NCBI RefSeq assembly: GCF_001447785.1
Contig: NW_015172565.1
Span: 347,947-411,946 of the forward strand
Direction of reading: 5' to 3'
Length of the DNA stretch: 64,000 bases
From: Gekko japonicus
Lineage: Eukaryota
Shown: positions 48,501 through 60,437 of the stretch, piece after piece
Layout of the letters: each line of letters starts with the position of its first letter
Numbering within the stretch: the stretch's first letter is position 1
The notes under the pieces: generated by a model
Told to the model about the DNA's origin: nothing
The model's input: the letters and a program-made list of their open reading frames with translations, nothing else
Database searches by the model: none
Position numbers and translations under genes: made by a program

Positions 48501-51500
48501 CTCTGGAAGTCAGACAGCCACATCTTTTGAAACAAGGTTCAGTTCTTCCTGGAACTTCTGTCTCTCCATCTTAGTGTTAAATCTTGACTCAGTCCAATAT
48601 GTCACTGGTAGTAATGCTGCTCAGGGACTGCTCAGTTGAGGACTCGAGATTTTGTGGTCTCAGGAAGTCCCTAGTTGCTTAGAATACTGCAATTTAAGAG
48701 TCTTCATGCACCAGTGAAATTGTAATACTTTATCTCTTGGGCTGTGGACTGCATAAAACATACTTGTAGAACATGTAGGATCACTTTCCCTTTGTGCGTA
48801 TGAATAAAATAATTAAGTACTTGGTTTTGATTATTTTTTAGAACTTGTTCATTTTCATGGAAAGTGAATACTTAATGACAGTATAACTTTCATGATTATG
48901 CTTCGTTACCATTTATGAAGAGGTGCTGTTTGTTGTTACTGCTGAGTCAATGAAATTTATAATAGAAGATGCTTGCTGTGTAGAAGGAGGTTACTTAACT
49001 TGGTCCCAAAAATAGTCTCCAGAGAGTAAACTGAGGGAAGTCCTGTTGAAGTCTCCGGTTTCATTCAGAAGAGACCATGGGCACATTAGGAATATTATAT
49101 AGGCCTGAAGGTTGTGTTCAGAAGTGTTGTTAGCCAAAATGTGCATTTTGTATTTATGGCTAGGCGTAATAGGACTTAGTGAATTTCACATTTCTGTTGC
49201 CTTCTGCAAGTTGAACCAGTACAAATTTGTCTTCAGTTTAGGGTTCTTGGAGAACCAGTAGAATTTAGCAGACAAGCTATTGTAGTAGGAGATCTGGGTT
49301 CATATCCCTGTTTCTCAGTGAAACTCACTATGGGATCCTGATCCAGTAACGCTTGCTCAGCCTTCAGTGAATAGTTGTAAGTGATAAACTCCCACACAAG
49401 TTGCCTTGAGTGCCTCAGAGGAAAGGAAGGATACAAATGTGTAAAAGTAATGTGAAACAGAGTATGTTCTAGTTCTCTGGCTTTAATATTAACAAAAAAA
49501 CTGTTTGGTAAGTTTATCTGTTTCAAACCACTTTTCAGTAGGCTCAGATGCATTTTATACAGATGAATGTCATAGTTTTATGGTTGCAGTGTAATTCTTA
49601 CAGAACAAGTTCAGTAAGAATGTGTTTGCAGATATTACTATCACATAATAATTTATCTTGTGCCCTCCAAGATATTCAGCAAGCTGGAGGAAACAGGAAG
49701 CAATTATCTTTTTGTGTTGTTCGTCTTAAATGGCACTTGGATAAACAGGGGGTTGTCTGTTTCAATTTGTTCCAATATTGTAATGGGTTTTATGTTAATC
49801 AGCTGAACAAACTACTACCTCTTACATGTATGAGACATCCAAGCTATAGTTTCAGCATTGACTTGTGCAGTATCCTGGGACACGGTCAGGTCATTATCTT
49901 ACATTTAATGCTAATCTTTCTCTACTTCTGTGTGATGGAAATAATGTTCACAGTCCATCCCATTTTTACTGGTGATGTCTTGGCACTTGGTAGAAACTGT
50001 GTGTATGCCACCTATTGTGGCACCTATTGTTGTGGAAGTCACTATTTGATGTGACCATTGCAGAGTGTTCTATTTGGAAAATATTAGTTGTCAGGTTGCA
50101 ACCTGTTTAGTTCATCACACAACTCAGTGAAGGTAACCAAAAACTGTTGAAAAGGCAGCAGTAATCATACTGATTATAGTAGTGTCGTTCTGAAGCAGTT
50201 CAGTAACTTCAAATGCGAAGTACTTCAAATGATGGACTTTAAGTGACACCTTAACTTAAGCCATAATTGGTTAAGGTGTTGAGGCCAGAACCAGAGTAAT
50301 CTTTGGCATTGTAGTCGGTTAAATTTGACACTGCTCCCTCTAAACATATGAAACTTCTGCTATATATCCAACATGTTGGCAATTTAAATCTGATATAAAA
50401 GTCCTCCAATAGAGGTAAGTGCCCAGCAGACATGCTTGGAATGGAGTATTGGTAACTTGACTATCTCTGGGTAGAATACATGGAATGAGAATTTCTCCTG
50501 ATCATATATTGGGTGCATTCCAGTTTTAGAAAACAGTTTCTAACTTACCACTTTTTAAAACTTTTATCAGAAGTTATGTAAAGATGATTGTTGTATGCAG
50601 AGTCAAGTTACTACAGCTCAAAACATCTGAAAAGATGGTTGACCATTTAGAATGGTCTGTCTTGGACATGCATGTATCTTACTGGGTGGCACCTCTGTCT
50701 ACCTGTGCATGACAGTTAATTGTGCTGTTCATGGCTTTGGTGACTGCTAAATCGATAATTGCTTGGGGAAATCAATGAAACTAGCCCATAAGCATTCTTT
50801 CCTTCTATTTGTGTTGGTTTCCCCCTTTGATTTGTGAAATAATGGTTGCTTATAACCAGATCAGAACATCATTGTCAGAAATAAAAAGGTTGAATCAATC
50901 AAAAAAAAATCAAGAGTGCATTGTTATGGCTGGACTAAAGATGCCATTGCTTTGTTCTGTATAATATGGTTTACCTGCTGCTCTGCTACAGCCTCCCCAG
51001 CCTTACCCCCTATGGTACATGGCTGAAGTCATTGAAGCAATTTGGAGAGATGGGTAGCTGACTGGTGGTGGGAAATATCTGCCAAATCTGACCAAATGCT
51101 ACAACAGCTATGTTTTTGTGTTTAATAGAGCATTGATTTCATTTTTCCTTTTCAGTGTGTCTGGCAGAGCTGTTGTGGATGGTGAATGGGTTGTTGAATG
51201 TTCTGGGTATCTTTGCTATGTAGAGTTTCATTGCTGTGAAATGTTTTAAAGATACCCTGTGGGTAAAATAACCTTTCAGATACCACTTTAAGGCAGAATT
51301 CAAGTTAGCTCTATAGCCAGGAAGTTCTTGGATAAGTGTGCTGTTCAGTTACTTTATTGAATGTTTACTAGTTGCTTAGGGACATCCATGTAATCGCATG
51401 AGCTTGGGAAAACGTCATTCCCTTTTGACCTTCACTAAATAAATGTTCATTGTTGCTAGATATGTTGCATTTCCCATGGGGAAGAAATATATCAAGCTAG

Positions 51501-52039
51501 ATATGCTTTGAATGTGCTTCATCTTCGGATAGAAAAGAAAAAAAATTACCATTGGGCCTCTTGAGTGGTTTTTGGTATATTGGGCCATCAAATAGTGATG
51601 AATTTGTCTACTTAATATGATAGAAACTCAGCTATTTGTAATGAATAAGAACTTTATTTTAATGTAATTCAATGAATGGACTTTCATAGTAGTATTGTAG
51701 GAACCTTGTGTTCCTTCACATTTGGTAGCCTTAAGGAGTATAAAAATATACATGTTTTGTTTTCTATAGGCAAAATTGCAAGCTGCAAACAACTGTATCC
51801 TATACCACTTCAGCACGTTATCTTAATTTTTTGCCATCTGAGAGGATTAGGGAACAAATTTTGTAATAACGTACTCTTCATTATATACTTGGACAAAAAC
51901 AGTCTGATACAACCACAGTAGGCAGGTCTACCAGCATATTTGAGTATCCAAGTAAACTTTATAACATTGAAAATGCAAAATACTTGGTTATCACACATGT
52001 GAGAGCATATTGATTGTTAACTGATAACGAAGCTCAAGA

Positions 52040-52332
52040 CAATGTATCCACCTGGACTGAATTGAGACCTAGGTTTCCTGTCTTACTACCAATGCTGATT
52101 TCTCCATGTCTACTACCTCTCTACATATCACACCTAATCCAGTCAAACCTTCTGTTGCCATTTGCCTGCTAATGTCATTTGGCATCTGAAATCACTCCAC
52201 TTTCCAATATATAGGACAGAGGGCCTGAAAATTCTAGCTGTATCTGAAGTGAGTAGTGATTCACGAAAGCTCATAGTCTACCAATAATTTTCTTAGTCTT
52301 TAAAGTGCTACTGGACTCTTACTCTTTTCTAG
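52040..52332 (+). mobile_element. Penelope-like fragment
   Basis: Shares sequence with 54600-54872; cacgaaagctcata..ttagtctttaaagtgctactggactc end. Confidence 0.65.
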
Positions 52333-53161
52333 GTACATTATCATCTAATGCTGTATTATATAAAAGTTTTCATACTATGTATACTTGAAAAGAATTTTAA
52401 TCATTACAAAGGAGAATGTATTTCATATGAGGTTTTTTGTGCTCCCTGAAATTTCACAACTTTTCTGTCAGAATTTTTTTAACGACCTTAGGACAAAAGA
52501 AAACATAGTTTTGTGACTTTTCCCATTTCTTTTCAAAGTGTTCACATCTCTCTATATACTGAAGTTGGTTGCGAAGGGGGCGAAGGTTTTTCAGCTTCAG
52601 CTGTGAGATTCCATTTCCCTGTATGTGTGTGTTTATACCTAATAATATATTTGTTCACCATGAATGCAGAGAGCAGGTAGAGATACAACTATAGTCAGTC
52701 CCAGGTATGCTGCGTTCATGGTGTTTTCCACAGATCAGTACAAGTTTGAAGAGAAACTTCTCTAATAATTGTGTATTGGAATATGAAATAACTTCAGTTG
52801 GTGGCAAATGACAATGGAAAAACCATATTTCTATGCAGCTTTATTTTACAGTCCCTTGTGAGTGGGAGACTTGCATGGGGGACTACGCGAAGACTGCAGG
52901 ACAAGCAATGGTTTTCTTCAGTGGCTTCTAATAGAAAGTGTGCAGTGATCTGTGGATTTTGTAATTGAAATGATTACTTTTGTACCTTAAGAACTGCTTC
53001 AGAAAAATCAAAGCAGTTAAATTCTAAAGCACCCTTTAATAATAATTCTCTTATCTTTTTTTCTTTGCAGATCTTCAAGTTTCGTCATTTTAGTTTTCTG
53101 TGCTGACCTTATTCCTCCCTTAAGTTATTATATACTTTTTTGCTGCTGTGGGGAAACAAAG

Positions 53162-53335
53162 ATGTCTCGCAGCCCAGATGCGAAGGAAGACCCTGTGGAA
53201 TGCCCCCTTTGCATGGAGCCTCTGGAGATTGATGACATAAACTTCTTCCCTTGCACCTGTGGTTACCAGATCTGTCGCTTCTGTTGGCATCGGATTCGCA
53301 CTGATGAGAATGGGCTTTGTCCTGCTTGCAGAAAG
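53162..53335 (+). CDS. CNOT4: CCR4-NOT subunit 4 (RING E3 ligase), first coding exon (exon starts at 53071)
   Basis: MSRSPDAKEDPVECPLCMEPLEIDDINFFPCTCGYQICRFCWHRIRTDENGLCPACRK = C4C4 RING of CNOT4; acceptor ctttgcag at 53070; donor gtatcctt. Confidence 0.98.
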
Positions 53336-54159
53336 GTATCCTTTTTAAACTTGGAATGAATTTGTGTTAAGGTTGTTTCCAGTTGTGGTGTACTTTGCCC
53401 CTTCTGTCCCCTCGCGTCTTAGTCTCCTAGTAAATCTGAAAGCTATCAGGAGGAAATGTGGAGTCTTGTTCAGTAGAACCTGTACACTGTTCAGCTTGGG
53501 AGTTCTACACTTCTACAGCAAACTGGGCAAAGTATTTTCCAGTGTTCCTAATTGCCAAGATACAGTACCAGTGTACACTATGGGTACTGATAAAAGCTTC
53601 TAGGATGTAACTAGTTATACGATTCCATTTTCCTGTGGCAGAGTTTAAGGGTTCAGAGTTTAATTATGTCCTGTCTCACTTTCCTTTTGAAGTGCTTTGT
53701 TTGTTCCTTGTGCATTTGAGTGTGCTACTTTGGCAGTGGTATTTAGTATGCTGTATTTTAGGGGTGTTAAACATACGGCCCATGAGCCACATCTGGCCCC
53801 TTCAAGGCTGCAATCCGGCCCGAGAGCAACTGACTCTGTGCTGCTTCCTGCTTATAACATGGCAGCTCCTTTCCCCCCAGTCTCTCATATTTCCTACTTC
53901 AGAGGAGAGAAAGAAAGCCTTCCCTTGATTGGCTGAGGGCTACTCCTCCCTTCTTCTCTGGGGAGGGAGGGGAAGGGAAAGAGAGAGGGAAGGTGAAATG
54001 GCATCTCATGGGACTTGTAAGAAGACCAGCAACGGTTTATTCCATCACACTTTTTCTTCTTCAGAGACAGAGGGAGTGAAAGAGACAGAGGGAGCACACC
54101 AGAGAGAGAGAGTCCTGTGTTTAAGACCAAATACGTTTTATTCTAGGTATAAGCTTTTA

Positions 54160-54441
54160 ACATAACATAAGAACATAAGAGACGCCAATGTTGGATCAGG
54201 CCAAAGGCCCATCCAGTCCAACACTCTGTATCACACAGTGGCCAAAAATACCAGGTGCCATCAGGAGGTCCACCAGTGGGGCCAGGACATTAGAAGCCCT
54301 CCCACTGGTGACCCCCCCAAGCACCAAGAAGACAGAGCATCACTTGCCCCAGAGTCCCTATCTATACCTTGTGGCTAATAGCCACTGATGGACCTCTGCT
54401 CCATATGCTTATCTAATTCCCTTTTGAAGCCGTCCATGCTT
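54160..54441 (-). mobile_element. CR1 3' end, same young subfamily as 34693-37099
   Basis: Near-identical to 34694-34973. Confidence 0.9.
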
Positions 54442-54599
54442 CAAAACTGATACAAAAACAGTCTCTCTTTCTAGTCTCCCTTTGAAATTCCTTTGTAAGA
54501 GAACTGCTACTCTTAGGTCAGCAACTGAATGCCCTGGATTCCTGGAATGTTAAAATATTCCTCCACTGGTTTTTGAATGTTGTGGTTTCTAATAGTAGT

Positions 54600-54872
54600 A
54601 GAAAGAGTAAGAGTCCAGTAGCACCTTTAAAGACTAACAAAATTGTGGTAGGGTATGTGCTTTTGTGAGTCATTGCTCACGTCTTCAGACTTATTTCCAT
54701 TCTTTGTATCCTCCTGGACTGAATCCTCCTGTACCAAATTGAGACCTAGGTTTCCTGTCTCATTACCAATGCTGATATCTCCATGCCTCTGTATATCACA
54801 CTAATGCTGATATCTCCACCTGTCTGCATATCACACCTAATCCAATCATGCCTGCTATTGCCATTTGACATC
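54600..54872. mobile_element. Penelope-like fragments in inverted arrangement
   Basis: 54600-54690 is the reverse complement of, and 54715-54872 is direct to, parts of 52040-52332. Confidence 0.6.
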
Positions 54873-55664
54873 TGTCACGTCTCCCCTTGTCTGATGCCAA
54901 TTGACCCCTAGTCACCGTCCTGGATGATCAGATCCAGTGCTATCTCGCTCACTCCGGACTCCATTTGGAAAGCTGCCGACCTTGCTTGGGAGGGGACTCA
55001 GGCCCAGGCTAGGGAATAAGGGAAGGTGGAGGGAGGGCCTCAGAATGTGGGTCCTTCTGAAGAAGGTTGCGTCACCTCTTCACCCACCTGGGGTCTGGCT
55101 GAGATATGGCCCTCGGCCTGTGGCACGTGTACTCTCTCTCTTGTCTTGCCTACAGCTAGTTCAGCTACTCCTCCCCGGCCGTCTCCAACCTTCTCTTTTT
55201 ATTCCCCTCCTGGCTCTTCCTCCTTCCCGTTATAGCTCTGCCCCCATTTAAATCTTTTGACGCCGAACTGAGGCGGCCTCGCCCAGCCCCACCAGCTTCA
55301 TGCTGTCCGCTGGTCTCTGCTCTGTCTCCCCCGCTTCTCCCTGTGCCGCTGGCTGACTCAGCGGGATCCACCCACTCCCAGATGGGTCTCCGAGCTGCCA
55401 GGCCCCCTCCTGATCCCGGTCCTGAGCCTGCCCTGGCGCATCCCCTAGTCACCGCCGTGGCTTCGCTGCAGACTCCTAGGGGCGACGGGCCTCTGCATCT
55501 GGCCCCAGTATCGCTGCCTCTGCTCTGCGACAGTCCCCCAAGGTCTCACTGCCTTCCTGCCACTCCGACTCCACAGTAAGTTGGGAGGTGGTTGCGGGCT
55601 TCCCTCTGGGGCTCTGCGTGGTGCTTGTCGGCCCCTCCCAAAGCTCCCAGCTAGAGCTGGGACA
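54873..55664 (-). mobile_element. Solo LTR (Gypsy/ERV-like) inserted in the Penelope fragment
   Basis: TGTCAC...GGGACA ends, acatc/gcatc TSD; the empty site catctgaaatc is intact in the paralogous copy near 52182; TATA-like and AATAAA on the minus strand. Confidence 0.75.
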
Positions 55665-56377
55665 GCATCTGAAATCTTCTCTATAAAGTTTATATCTTCG
55701 GTACCTTGTGTTACATTTTATGGCACACATGGCTCGGCCTGACAAAGTGACATTTATGTCAGATCTGGCCCTCGTAACAAATGAGTTCAACACCTCTGCT
55801 GTATTTGGTGTATTAAGGAAGTGCAGTAGGCTTGATAGTAGCAATCCTTGGTAGATGTCCAAACCCTAACTGTTTTTGATATGGTAAAGGACTCTGATTC
55901 ATGTCTAGTCTGTAGCTCATAAATATACGGTTGACCTGAATTTTTTTCTGAGGTAGGTATTAACTTGGAAAATCTGTGCTGATTTAGGATAAAACATGAG
56001 CTAAACAGTCTCACTAAGATAATGCACTGTAAAGAGAAGATTTGATTTGTGGCCTTGTAGCAGTATTAATGGAATTGGTAAAATAAGAACTATTAGTAGC
56101 ATTTCACACTGGCTTGAAATTGAAGTAGTGGCTCCTGCATGTGTTTGTAACGTCACGTAGTAAAAGAGCCTCTTGTCCCACAGCTACACCACTGCTGTAC
56201 AGAAGACAGTATAGCACAAAAATCTGGAATGTACATAGAAACCATAAACTCAAATTGTAACAGTCTGGCCAATACCAAAACATTTGGGGCCCTGAATCAT
56301 TTTGCCTGGCTGATTAAGAACAGGCAGTGAGGTGGGCACTCTGCACCTCCAGTTGACACTTGTTTTAGAATGCTGGA

Positions 56378-56660
56378 ATGGTGTAGTGGTTAAGTGTGTG
56401 GACTCTAATCTGGGAGAACTGGGTTTGATTCCCCACTCCTCCACTTGCACCTGGCTGGATGACCTTGGGCAAGCCGTAGTTCGGATAAGAGCTGTTCTTG
56501 AAAAAAAGAGCAGTTTCTGTCAGAGCTCTCTCAGCCCCACCTACCTCACAGGATATCAGTGGGGAGGGGAAGGGAAAGGAGTTTGTAAGCAGCTCTGAGA
56601 CACCTTTGGGTAGTGAAGGGTGGGGTATAAATCCAATCTCCTCCTCCTCCTCTTCCTCCT
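56378..56660 (+). mobile_element. Squam3-like SINE
   Basis: Same family as the copy at 15331. Confidence 0.75.
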
Positions 56661-57325
56661 CGCCAGCGTGGTGAAGGGACTGCTGGGTGTGTGTGGTGGG
56701 AGGAACATGATACATGGGCAAATACTGGGAGAGGTGCTTTTTCAAAAATGTGTCCCAGGGTGTGAAGGGCTTTATAAGTCAAAACCAGGAGCTTAAATTG
56801 AGTCCGAAAACAAACAGGAATGTAGACCTTTCAGAATAGGTGAACTGAGTAAAACAATATACACCACTGCACTATTTGGTACCAGTTCAGGTTTCATAGC
56901 TAACTTTAAGAACAGCCCTACATATAGAACACATTATGAGTTTCAGTCCTCAGAAAATGTGCACACCCCCAACTTTTTTAGCAATCCTGTACTGCTTTAT
57001 ATTTCATGTATTCATCAAGCATGATGGGGTCCAGTGTGCTCTATCCTTTTAGCCCCCACCTCCAGTTTTATTGTTTAAACAGTAAGAAAAGCATCCAAAT
57101 ACTGTGGGGTTATAATTGACTCACATTGAAATGAATGGGAAAATTGACCCCAAACACATTTATAGAATTTGCTGTTTTCTATACATGCACAAAACTTTCA
57201 CTAGCATTTGTTCTGGAGTCAGTTACACCACAAGTAGAAAATAATGGTAACCAACTTACCAATTAACTTGAACTTTCTATTAACCTAGCAGTTAACTATT
57301 CATTGTGTGAAACTTCAGAACAATA

Positions 57326-60300
57326 TGATCTTCGACGTGGTCTCTGTGCTTCACACCCATGGGAACTAGTGCTTACGCACTGGATCGATCGGGATAGTAG
57401 CAAGCTCTTTAACAGATTTTTGCGCCCAGACCTCGGTCATGCGCAGGAACCCCACCGCGCATGCCCAGAGGGGAGGGCGCGGACATCCCGCCAGTTCCTT
57501 TCTTGCCGCCGCGTTGGAAAGACCTTTTCTCCGTCGGTCTGGTCGGTTCGCTATTTTTGGCTATTTGGATTTTTCCTCGCTTTTCTACCTTTTTCGTGTT
57601 ACTTCTTTGTTACCTACAAAAATAATTTTAAAAAAGACTTTATTTTTCCTGAGGGGGGAAAGTTCCATTTACCTCAGCTTGGCCTTCGGGCTCTACCCCC
57701 CCTCTCTCCCCCTTCTTTCTCCACTACTTATTCTATGGAGGAAAAGTGGGGCTTTTTTAACCGGTGTCAACGTTGCGGTAGTAAACTCGCACCATCTGAC
57801 TGCCACACCCTCTGTATTTTGTGTTTGGGAGAGTCTCACAGACCTGACTCTTGCCAGCACTGTGCAAGATTTTCAAACCGAACCCGAAAAAACCGAGCTG
57901 TGCGCCTCAAAGTGGTGCTTCTTGAATCGGCTCTAAATCCTTCCACAACGATGGACTCCGAGAGACCTTCTACCTCGACGGCTCCGGTATCGAGGCCTGC
58001 CTCTGACATCGTTCAACCGATGCTGAAGCCTCCGGCATTGAAAGCGCAATCCTTCGCCTCAACACCAGTGAAGAAGAGACCCAAGGCAAGTAAGGAGAAG
58101 TCCACAAAAAATGGTTCCTCTAAGCCCCTCAAAGCGGTGCAGAAGGTGAAAGTAGCGGCGTCCGCACTGGGTGATGCCCCTATAGTGACCCCCGCGCCAT
58201 CGATATCAGAAACGCACGCCCCACCACTGATATCTACAATTCAAATTTTGGACTCTCCTATTCAACAACTGGATCGTCCCTACTCCGACATTGAGAATGT
58301 GGAGCTCCTAATTCACCCCACGGGTCCACAGCTTTCCCTCTTTCCTTCTCCATCGTCAACATCGACAGTTTCGGAAGCTCCCAACGTCGATACAGGTCAG
58401 AATAGACACATTCCTTCTAGCGTGCAGCATCAACCTCCACGTCTGCATGCCGATACTGTCGATATAGATGAGCGAGTTTTTAGAGACCGTTCACAAAGAC
58501 GGCACATTCCTTTGTCTCCGAGACATGATCGGTCCAGAAGTCAATCCCCCAGAGTCTTTATCCCCCCACCACCACCGATGTCGTGGGATCAACGTCAACT
58601 GAGATACCTCTACGGCAATTATCCACCATCCATGCCCTGGCTGACTCCTGCGGGCTATTCCGACTGGGATCGCTATTCGACCTACTCTGCTCACAGATCA
58701 AGGTCACCCTATAAATTGAGACCTTCAGCATCGCTGTCTCGACCTCTGGCTGAAGATCCTTCCCACCATCAAATGGAACCTCTGGGTTCTCCCACCCCCC
58801 AAGTCGTTCCACCAAAGGTTTTAACTAGTCAACCGGAAGTTACTCCAGTACAAATACCAGAACAGGGCTGCTCTGACTCTGGAGATGACGAATCTGACTC
58901 AGAAGCTTCGGAGATCCAAACCTCCCCTGACAACAAGTCCCCTAACCAAACTGTCGCGGAGGACCTCCCTATATCGCCATCCGACAATCTCACTTCTTAT
59001 GCAGACCTTGTCAAACGAATGGCCCATTCTCTAGGCCTCTCTGTCGTACAACAACAGCCACAGGTTACTGATCCTGTTTTTGATATTGTGCAACTGGATA
59101 CCTCCACTACTATTGCACTCCCCATGTCCGCAGTCCTCTTGCAAGCTATCAAGGCCCCATGGGAAAAGCTGTCTTCAGCCCCGGTGTTGACGAGATGTCT
59201 GGACCACATGTACAGAGTCCAGGGGACAGGTGCCGAATTTTTATTTTCCCACCCTCAACCAAATTTGGTAGTCATAACATCCTCGTCCAAGTCGAAGCGA
59301 ATGCACTCGGCACCCTCTGACAGGGAAAGTAGGAAATTGGAAATTAGACGCATTCGGGAGACGCTTCTACTCCATGGGTGTGTTAGGGGTCAAAACCACT
59401 AACTACCTAGCCTGCATGAGCCGATATCAATATACTCTGTGGGAAAGGTACTCCGACCTCCTGACCCACCTCCCTGAAGACAAGCTTCAGACGGCCAGGA
59501 TTATTCAAAAGGAAGGCATGGTCCTTGCAAAGCAGCAGATCAACACTTCCAAACATGCCTTAGAGGCTTCCTCCAGAACAATGGCCTCAGCGATCGCTCT
59601 GAGGAGACACTCCTGGCTCCACAATACCAATCTTCCACAAGATACCAGGTCCTATGTCAAAGACCTTTCTTTTGATGGCCTCTGTCTCTTTAACAGCACA
59701 ACCGATATTATGCTCCAGGATATAGATAAGAGCATAAAGGCCTCTCGCGCTCTAGGAGTATCATCCTCCATGAGGCAACAGTTTCGCCCTTGCACCTCGA
59801 CAAGGCCCTGGCAAAAACGCACCCCGAATCGTCAGTCTCCAGACAGGCAATGGAGACCACGTATGGCTTCCGGTGGTCAAAGACCCGTCTTTCAAAAGCC
59901 TAAGTTCGTAACGGGACAACAGCCCTCATGCACCAAACAACCAAGGTCCTCCAAGCAGGGCTTTTGACTTCCCTCCTACCGAGTCAGTTCAAACCCATCT
60001 GTCACCCTTCCTTTATGCCTGGCGTCACATCACCTCGGACCAATGGGTGCTGTCCATCATAACCCAAGGCTACCATATTCAATTCGACCAGAACCCCAAC
60101 ACTCCAGTCATCGTCACCACACCCCCTTCCCCACCTCTCCTAGACGAGGTGTTCATCCTCCTGCACAAGGGAGCCATCAAGAAGGTACCACCATACCTCT
60201 ATGGGACGGGATTTTATTCCCGATACTTCACAGTTCCAAAGCGGGATGGAGGCATTCGACCCATATTAGATCTGAGGGAGCTGAACTGTTATGTCACCTA

Positions 60301-60437
60301 CCACCGTTTCCGCATGGTGTCCTTGCAGCAGATTATGCCACTTCTCCGGAAAAACGTCTGGATGGCCACCCTCAACCTGCAAGACGCGTACTTCCACCTC
60401 ACTGTCCACCCCTCCCACTGCCAATACTTGCGCTTCG
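57326..60437 (+). mobile_element. DIRS1-like retrotransposon, 3'-truncated (gag with Cys/His finger and LAP2alpha-like region; N-terminal half of RT)
   Basis: Gag from ATG 57735 (RCQRCG..DCHTLCILCLGESH..SCQHC; ..MASAIALRRHSWL) with one frameshift near 59350; RT GFYSRYFTVPKRDGGIRPILDLRELN..LQDAYFH..YLRFA; no RNase H or tyrosine recombinase seen. Confidence 0.88.
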
